Below are positions 39,075 through 44,627 of a stretch of 44,627 nt of DNA, piece by piece. A model generated the notes under the pieces. That model had not been told where the DNA came from, ran no database searches, and saw only the letters and a list, made by a program, of their open reading frames with translations. The translations under genes were made by a program, and so were the position numbers. The number at the start of each line of letters is the position of its first letter. Within the stretch, counting starts at the first letter, position 1. The stretch lies in NCBI GenBank assembly GCA_017860135.1, contig JAFNAG010000002.1, forward strand, positions 1 through 44,627, read 5' to 3'. Origin of the DNA: Acidobacteriota bacterium. GTDB lineage: Bacteria; Acidobacteriota; UBA6911.

Positions 39075-39175
39075 CCTGTGATACCTTGTCTCGGGTAAAC
39101 GCAGTCGCGGCTGCCGGCGGGAGCTCATGAGGCGGCGCGCAGCCGTGCGGGACCGGCGGACCTGGATCGGGACAG

Positions 39176-39643
39176 ATGGAAAACAAGAACTCCGGACAAA
39201 AGCTCGTCGCTTCGAACCGGAAAGCATTTCACGATTACTTCATCCTGGACAAGATCGAGGCCGGCATTGTGCTCCTCGGCACGGAGGTGAAGTCGATCCG
39301 GGAGGGCCGGATCAACTTGAAGGACAGCTACGGCATCGTGAAGGATGCCGAACCGTATCTCGTCGGCTGCCACATCAGCCCGTATTCGCACGGCAACCGG
39401 GAGAACCACGATCCTACCCGCACGCGCAAGCTGCTGCTGCATCGCAAGGAGATCCGCAAGCTGATCGGGAAGACGCAGGAAAAAGGCCTGACGCTCGTCC
39501 CGCTTCGGGTGTACCTGGCTCGCGGGCGGGTCAAGGTGGAACTCGGCGTGGCTCGCGGCAAGAAGGACTACGACAAACGGGAAACCGAGCGCCGCAAGGA
39601 AGTGGAACGGGAAACCAGGGCCGCCATGAAAACACGCCGCTAG
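39176..39643 (+). CDS. smpB: SsrA-binding protein SmpB
   Basis: [34 protein letters not shown] and GKKDYDKRE motifs. Confidence 0.98.
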   Translation: MENKNSGQKLVASNRKAFHDYFILDKIEAGIVLLGTEVKSIREGRINLKDSYGIVKDAEPYLVGCHISPYSHGNRENHDPTRTRKLLLHRKEIRKLIGKTQEKGLTLVPLRVYLARGRVKVELGVARGKKDYDKRETERRKEVERETRAAMKTRR

Positions 39644-39746
39644 CGGAAAGAAACTTGCGGATCACGAATTTCAGCCGCCCGGCAGACTTCCGCCGACTGC
39701 CGCGCCGGCAGTGCCGCTTCGCACCTGAACCAGACCGGGAGAATGC

Positions 39747-41258
39747 ATGCGTATCAAGTTCCAGAACCGCCCTTTCGCCGCAATCGATTGCGATCTGCTT
39801 GCCTACCCGATGTTCGAAGAGGAGACATCGGGCAAGCCTGCCTTCAAAACTCTGGAGGGAGCAACCGATGGGATTGTTTCCGCGGTCCTGTCCGGAGGGG
39901 AGTTCAAGCCGGAGCTTCACCGGACCTGTCTCATCCACCGCCCGAAACGGCTGAAGGCACGGCGGCTGCTACTGATCGGAGCGGGGAAGGAGAGCGAGTT
40001 CACCCTTGCCCGGTTGAGGGAAGTTGCAGGCGTGGCGGCGCGGCGCGCACGGGCAGCGCATGCCGTGAAGACCGCATTCCTCATGCGCGGGGATTTCTCC
40101 GGATCGGAATCAGCACACGCCGCAGCCGACGGGACGTTATACGGGAATTACGAATCCGAGATGTACAAAACCCGCGACATCGAAACGCAGGACCTCGAGG
40201 AAGTCGTATTGCTGGCGGAAAACAAAGTCCGGACTCACGAGGCGGAAGAAGGCGCCCGGCAGGGCATAATCATCGGCACCGCGGTGAATTTCGCCCGCAC
40301 CCTCGCCAACGAGCCGGCGAATGTGCTGACGCCGGGACAGCTTGCGGAGCGTGCGGCCACTGCCGGAGAGAGGGCCGGGCTGGAGGTCCGGATCCTGGAG
40401 CGAGAGGACATGGAGAAGCTCGGCATGAACGCTCTCCTGGCAGTCAGCAGTGGAAGCGAACAGCCGCCTAAGCTCATCGTCCTGCGCATTCCGGGCCGGC
40501 AACCAGTGAAAGGGGCTCCCGTCTTCGCGCTCGTCGGCAAAGGAGTCACTTTCGACAGCGGCGGGATCTCGATCAAACCTTCGGAAAAGATGGAGGAAAT
40601 GAAAGCCGACATGGCCGGGGGAGCGGCCGTGATCGCCGCCATGACCGCGCTTGCCCAAATCCGGCCCAGGCACGCGGTCATCGGCCTTGTCCCCTCAGTG
40701 GAGAACCTTCCCAGCGGCAAGGCGGCCAAACCGGGCGACATCGTAAAGTCCTACCTGGGAAAGACGATTGAAATCATCAACACCGATGCCGAAGGACGCC
40801 TGATCCTGGCGGACGCCCTGGCGTATGCACGCACCCTCGGCGCCACCCGCCTCGTCGACATCGCCACCCTCACCGGAGCCTGCGTCATCGCGTTGGGTCA
40901 TGTCAATGCCGGCATGATGGGAACGGATCAGGAAATCCTGGAGCACCTCCGCAACAGCGCGCGCTTCACCGGAGAAAAACTCTGGCAGCTGCCGCTGGAC
41001 GAAGAGTACCGCAAGGCGATCCGGAGTCCGATCGCCGACGTCAAAAATGTCGGGGATCGCTCCGCAGGCGCTATTACCGCAGCCAAGTTCCTGCAGGAAT
41101 TCGTGGAGGAGACCCCCTGGGTGCACATAGATATCGCCGGCGTAGACCTCTGCCACGACGAGCAGCCTTTCTCGGCCAAAGGCGCCACGGGATTCGGCGT
41201 GCGCTCCCTGGTGCATCTGCTGACCCGGTGCGGGCTGAGTGGAACCGGCGGGAAATGA
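39747..41258 (+). CDS. pepA: Leucyl aminopeptidase (M17)
   Basis: VGKGVTFDSGG, MKADMAG, NTDAEGRLILADA, ATLTGAC and WVHIDIAG motifs. Confidence 0.96.
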   Translation: MRIKFQNRPFAAIDCDLLAYPMFEEETSGKPAFKTLEGATDGIVSAVLSGGEFKPELHRTCLIHRPKRLKARRLLLIGAGKESEFTLARLREVAGVAARRARAAHAVKTAFLMRGDFSGSESAHAAADGTLYGNYESEMYKTRDIETQDLEEVVLLAENKVRTHEAEEGARQGIIIGTAVNFARTLANEPANVLTPGQLAERAATAGERAGLEVRILEREDMEKLGMNALLAVSSGSEQPPKLIVLRIPGRQPVKGAPVFALVGKGVTFDSGGISIKPSEKMEEMKADMAGGAAVIAAMTALAQIRPRHAVIGLVPSVENLPSGKAAKPGDIVKSYLGKTIEIINTDAEGRLILADALAYARTLGATRLVDIATLTGACVIALGHVNAGMMGTDQEILEHLRNSARFTGEKLWQLPLDEEYRKAIRSPIADVKNVGDRSAGAITAAKFLQEFVEETPWVHIDIAGVDLCHDEQPFSAKGATGFGVRSLVHLLTRCGLSGTGGK

Positions 41259-41358
41259 CGTTTGCTGCGGCGCGAGGGGCTCGCTTTCATCCTCAACGAG
41301 GGCAGGAAACCATATCGGTTATCCGGCCCTCGAAGCGGGGAGCCCCTGGAATCAACAC

Positions 41359-41697
41359 CTACTCCAGATCCACATCGTCTGGTTCCTGGTCGCTGTCCTG
41401 ATCCTCATTCTGTTTGTACATGTATTTGATGACATGCTTGAGAATCAGCAGGTTAGGACCATCCTGCCTGTGCACTTTGATGCAGCTGCGGTCGTACCAC
41501 TCGATGACCCCCCGTATCTCCTCGCCGTCGATCAGCTTGACAACCATCGGAGTCTTGGCTGCCATCTGCTTGATGTAGTAATAGTTCTCCGCATTGGTTA
41601 CATCCGGAGGCACTCGTTTTCGTGGCGCGGCATTGTATCGGGGCATCTGATCCTTGATCTCAGAGAGGCTGGGGCGGATCAGTTTTCGATTTACCAT
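41359..41697 (-). CDS. hfq: Divergent Hfq/Sm-like RNA chaperone
   Basis: Sm1 [18 protein letters not shown] and Sm2 LLILKHVI (cf. Hfq YKHAI); basic/Pro N-terminal extension; acidic C-terminal tail; AGGGGAG RBS. Confidence 0.75.
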   Translation of the reverse strand: MVNRKLIRPSLSEIKDQMPRYNAAPRKRVPPDVTNAENYYYIKQMAAKTPMVVKLIDGEEIRGVIEWYDRSCIKVHRQDGPNLLILKHVIKYMYKQNEDQDSDQEPDDVDLE

Positions 41698-41823
41698 GAA
41701 TGCTTTCTCCCCTGGAAACAATGGTGAAACCCGACTCAGTTTTTATTTATCGCAAAAGCAATACGCATCACCAAAATGAATCCATCAACGATTGGGTTTT
41801 TTCGGAAAAGCCGAATTGCTAGA

Positions 41824-41852
41824 ATATTATCGGAAGGATGATTCTTTGACAA
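41824..41852 (-). promoter_or_regulatory. Putative promoter of the hfq-like gene
   Basis: Minus strand TTGTCA-17 bp-TAATAT in an AT-rich divergent intergenic region. Confidence 0.5.
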
Positions 41853-41927
41853 GAAAATTAAGCATTCTTATTTGATCTTAATACATCCCTGTCGTCCTGA
41901 TTTTTCGGGGCGCACAGCACAGGAGTT

Positions 41928-42383
41928 ATGATGCGGCGCAGATTGATCATCCCTTGTTTCTGGATTCCGGCTTTTCTCGCCTTTGCCGGCACCGTATCCT
42001 CTCAGGACCCACCGCGGAAGCCGCCGAAACTCATCCGCGACACCGGAGTTGCAGAAGGGAAGACCGATGCAGAAACGGCGAAGAAGAAAGAATTCAATCC
42101 CATGCTTGCCGAGGAAAATCTCCAAATCGGCAACTTCTACTATAAGCGTGGGAATTATCCGGCCGCCCTTGAGCGCTACCGAGACGCCGTGGAGTATCAG
42201 CCGAACCTGATCGCTGCCCGGGACGCAATGGGCCGCGCCGTCGAGAGACTCGGGCGCGATCACGAAAAAAAGAGGGAAACAGACAAGGCCCTGGCCTTGT
42301 ACAAGGAGTTCCTGGCCTTGTTCCCCGATGCCCCGAAATCCGCCGAATTCAAATCCAAGATCGCATCGCTGGAAAAGAAGTAA
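41928..42383 (+). CDS. Small exported TPR-repeat protein
   Basis: Signal-peptide-like N-terminus; TPR helices (IGNFYYKRGNYPAALERYRDAV; ALALYKEFLALFPDAP); AGGAG RBS. Start at 41928 or 41931. Confidence 0.8.
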   Translation: MMRRRLIIPCFWIPAFLAFAGTVSSQDPPRKPPKLIRDTGVAEGKTDAETAKKKEFNPMLAEENLQIGNFYYKRGNYPAALERYRDAVEYQPNLIAARDAMGRAVERLGRDHEKKRETDKALALYKEFLALFPDAPKSAEFKSKIASLEKK

Positions 42384-42455
42384 TCGAATTCGGAATGGGG
42401 AATCCCCATTCGAAATTCGAAGACTTCCGCATTCCGCATTCGAAAGATCCCGCAT
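42384..42455. repeat. Palindrome plus 7-nt tandem repeats between convergent genes
   Basis: TCGAATTCGGAATGGGGA-A-TCCCCATTCGAAATTCGA (16/18 paired) followed by TTCCGCA-TTCCGCA-TTCGAAA. Confidence 0.7.
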
Positions 42456-43445
42456 TCAGGAGCGGAGCGCGGCCAGAAACAGGGCTTCCAGGGCGAGCTG
42501 GCGGTTGATGTTCAGCTGGAGGACACCTCTGAGGTTTTTCACTGCGTCGATGGCGGCAAGGACGGCAGCGCGGGGCGCTGTTTCTGCCAGGCCCGCCAGG
42601 GCGGGAATGATATCGCGCTGGCACATGCGCCGGGGTGCGGTCTGGGCATAGTAGACATCCTGAAGCAACGTTGCCGTCATGTCGAGCCAAGCCTGGAAAA
42701 GCTCCTTGTCCTTCACGACCGCTGCAGCCAACGTGCTGGCCTGTGAAAACTCTTCGCGCCGCAGCAGGAGGGAGACGAATCGAAGGGACTGATCGCGCAC
42801 CTCGCGATTCTGTGCCACGTCGAATGTGAGGGCAGCTCCCAGGCTGCCGTTGCTGAAGGCTGCAGCCATCCGCGCGTCTTCGGGCGAGCGGCCCGCATTG
42901 CCTGCCAGGTAATTGCTGATCTCTTCCTCCGGAACCGGACCGAACTGCAGCAGGCGCGCTCGCGATCGGATCGTGGTCAGCAGAGCATAGGGTTTCTGGG
43001 TCACCAGGATGAGAATGGTACGGCTTGGGGGTTCCTCAAGGGTTTTCAGCAGGCAATTTGCCGCCTCGGCCCGCATCCTGTCGGCGCCGTCAAAGATCAC
43101 CACGCGATAACGCGCTTCAAACGGCTGGTAGGCGATCTCCGCGATCAGATCGCGCACCTGGTCGATCTTGATGAATGCGCCATCGGGCTGAACCAGGCGA
43201 ACATCGGGATGTGTGCCCAGCATGATCTTGCGGCAGCTCATACAATCGTCGCACGCGTCCCCCTTGGCGGTCTGGAGGCAATTCAGCTGCTGTGCCAGCA
43301 GCAATCCGAGTGTCCGCTTCCCCACCCCTTCCGGGCCTGCGAAGATCAGAGCGTGCGGCAGGCGGTCCTGCGCCACAGCCCGGAGCAGTATTTTCACGAC
43401 CGGGCGGTTGCCGATGAAGGAGTGAAAACTCAAAGGGGCTTTCAT
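42456..43445 (-). CDS. holB: DNA polymerase III subunit delta'
   Basis: PHALIFAGPEGVGK, Zn-binding C..C..C, HPDV, IKIDQVR, AANCLLKTLEEPP and TIRSR motifs; the start overlaps the tmk stop (ATGA). Confidence 0.95.
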   Translation of the reverse strand: MKAPLSFHSFIGNRPVVKILLRAVAQDRLPHALIFAGPEGVGKRTLGLLLAQQLNCLQTAKGDACDDCMSCRKIMLGTHPDVRLVQPDGAFIKIDQVRDLIAEIAYQPFEARYRVVIFDGADRMRAEAANCLLKTLEEPPSRTILILVTQKPYALLTTIRSRARLLQFGPVPEEEISNYLAGNAGRSPEDARMAAAFSNGSLGAALTFDVAQNREVRDQSLRFVSLLLRREEFSQASTLAAAVVKDKELFQAWLDMTATLLQDVYYAQTAPRRMCQRDIIPALAGLAETAPRAAVLAAIDAVKNLRGVLQLNINRQLALEALFLAALRS

Positions 43446-44092
43446 GGCCCAGCCTCGCAGGCGCCGGCGAACCACGATGCGAGCAGCAGTTCGATCCGTG
43501 CAAAGACCTCCCGGGGTGTTCCTCCTCCGTCGATGATCCGAAACCGTTCCGGAGCCGCCCTGGCAAGAGTCAGGTAGGCTTCGCGCACGTCGCGGTGAAA
43601 GGCAACATCTTCGGCTTCGAATCTCCCCTCCGATCCGGCAGCTCCCCCGGCATGATTTCGTGCGCGGGCGCGGGCGAGCCCGATTTCGGGTGCCAAGTCG
43701 AGCAGAATGGTCCTGTCGGGTTCTCGGATCCCCAGCAGGGTTACCATCGCTTCGATTGTCTCCGCCGGCACACGCCTGGCTGCACCCTGATATGCACGGG
43801 TTGCATCGAGGTAACGGTCCGACAGCACCGTAATGCCGAGTTTCAGCGAAGGTTCGATCACCTCGTGCAGGTGCTGATAGCGGTCTGCGAGATAGAGCAG
43901 CAGTTCGCTCACGGGTTCGCGAGGCGGCCCTCCCGCATGGAGCAGTACCTGTCTCAGGGCGGCCCCGAACGGAGTGCCGCCCGGCTCCCGGGTTCGCAGG
44001 CAAGGCACGCCTTTCGCCTTGAGAAAGGCCTCGGCGTACCCGATCTGCAGGCTCTTGCCGGATCCTTCGATGCCTTCAAATGTGACGAACAT
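43442..44092 (-). CDS. tmk: Thymidylate kinase
   Basis: MFVTFEGIEGSGKS, TREPGG, LSDRY, AYQG and GRFE motifs. Confidence 0.97.
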   Translation of the reverse strand: MFVTFEGIEGSGKSLQIGYAEAFLKAKGVPCLRTREPGGTPFGAALRQVLLHAGGPPREPVSELLLYLADRYQHLHEVIEPSLKLGITVLSDRYLDATRAYQGAARRVPAETIEAMVTLLGIREPDRTILLDLAPEIGLARARARNHAGGAAGSEGRFEAEDVAFHRDVREAYLTLARAAPERFRIIDGGGTPREVFARIELLLASWFAGACEAGP

Positions 44093-44200
44093 GACCCGTT
44101 CTTGTGTGAAATGGGAATTACTTCTACAATGGTCCCGGAAAAACGGGGCCGCAGGCAGATTAACAAACGGCAGGGTGCGTGGCAACCGGGATGTCTTGAG

Positions 44201-44627
44201 ATGATCACGATCGAGAGCAACCTGCAGGAAATTCGAGATCGGTTGTCGGCCGCAGCCAGGCGCTGCGGGCGGCAGCCCGAGGAAATCACACTGGTGGCAG
44301 TCGGCAAGAATTTTCCCGCGGATTTCCTCTCGGCCGCCATCAAGGCCGGGCAATGCCATTTCGGCGAGAACCGCGTTCAGGAAGCCGAATCCAAAATCCC
44401 GCAATTCCGCTCCACGCCAAACCTCACCTGGCACATGATCGGCCACCTGCAGTCGAACAAGGCCCACCGGGCTGCCGAGCTGTTTGACGTCATCCAAACC
44501 GTCGACAGTGTCAAACTCGCCCGCAAACTCGGCGAGGCATGCGCCGACCTCGGGAAAAACCTGTCGGTGCTGATCCAGGTAGATCTCGGGCAGGAGGAAA
44601 CCAAGTTCGGCGCCGATCGCAGCCAGG
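44201..44627 (+). CDS. yggS: PLP homeostasis protein YggS/PLPBP (runs off the window end)
   Basis: Not in the ORF track because there is no stop within the window. Translates MITIESNLQEIRDRL...LVAVGK...FGENRVQEA...WHMIGHLQSNK...IQTVDS...LIQVDLGQEETKFG. Confidence 0.93.
   Translation, partial: MITIESNLQEIRDRLSAAARRCGRQPEEITLVAVGKNFPADFLSAAIKAGQCHFGENRVQEAESKIPQFRSTPNLTWHMIGHLQSNKAHRAAELFDVIQTVDSVKLARKLGEACADLGKNLSVLIQVDLGQEETKFGADRSQ

Noticed and set aside
39075-39746. tmRNA (ssrA) next to smpB
   Set aside because: The flanking gaps are only ~100 bp and lack tRNA-like ends.

Overview
A GC-rich bacterial chromosomal window made up mostly of core and housekeeping genes. The GWxTD protein, the divergent Hfq-like protein, the ytxH/DUF948-type pair and the small TPR protein suggest Acidobacteriota; this is an inference, not a database result. 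Gene order: nusA-rimP; a GldA/GldF/GldG-like ABC exporter with a DUF4340 protein; a stand-alone RpoD-like sigma-70 factor behind a ~750-bp intergenic region; HU; an alpha-glucan/glycogen cluster (GH57, glgP, GalT-like, glgA; no glgC or GH13 glgB); glutaryl-CoA dehydrogenase; a serine hydrolase; a 77-aa HiPIP-like Cys protein; MOFRL glycerate kinase; an AI-2E transporter; a Cys/Met PLP enzyme; ytxH-DUF948; DHH phosphoesterase, REC-PP2C, hutI, ftcD; a second acyl-CoA dehydrogenase; a GWxTD protein, two GT2s and rmlABD (no rmlC); smpB; pepA; Hfq-like; TPR; holB-tmk; and a partial yggS. I saw no rRNA, tRNA, CRISPR array, transposase, integrase, phage or defence genes. The most unusual signals are: (i) most large intergenic gaps hold a small inverted-repeat element, several built from 6-, 7- or 9-nt tandem units, and one is flanked by an exact 13-bp direct repeat; (ii) a signal-peptide-less HiPIP-like mini-protein with an operator-like palindrome over its promoter; (iii) a GalT-like enzyme in the position where glgC would be expected; (iv) a candidate sRNA beside a perfect-consensus promoter driving the GWxTD-glycosyltransferase-rml region. 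All functional calls come from motif recognition by eye.
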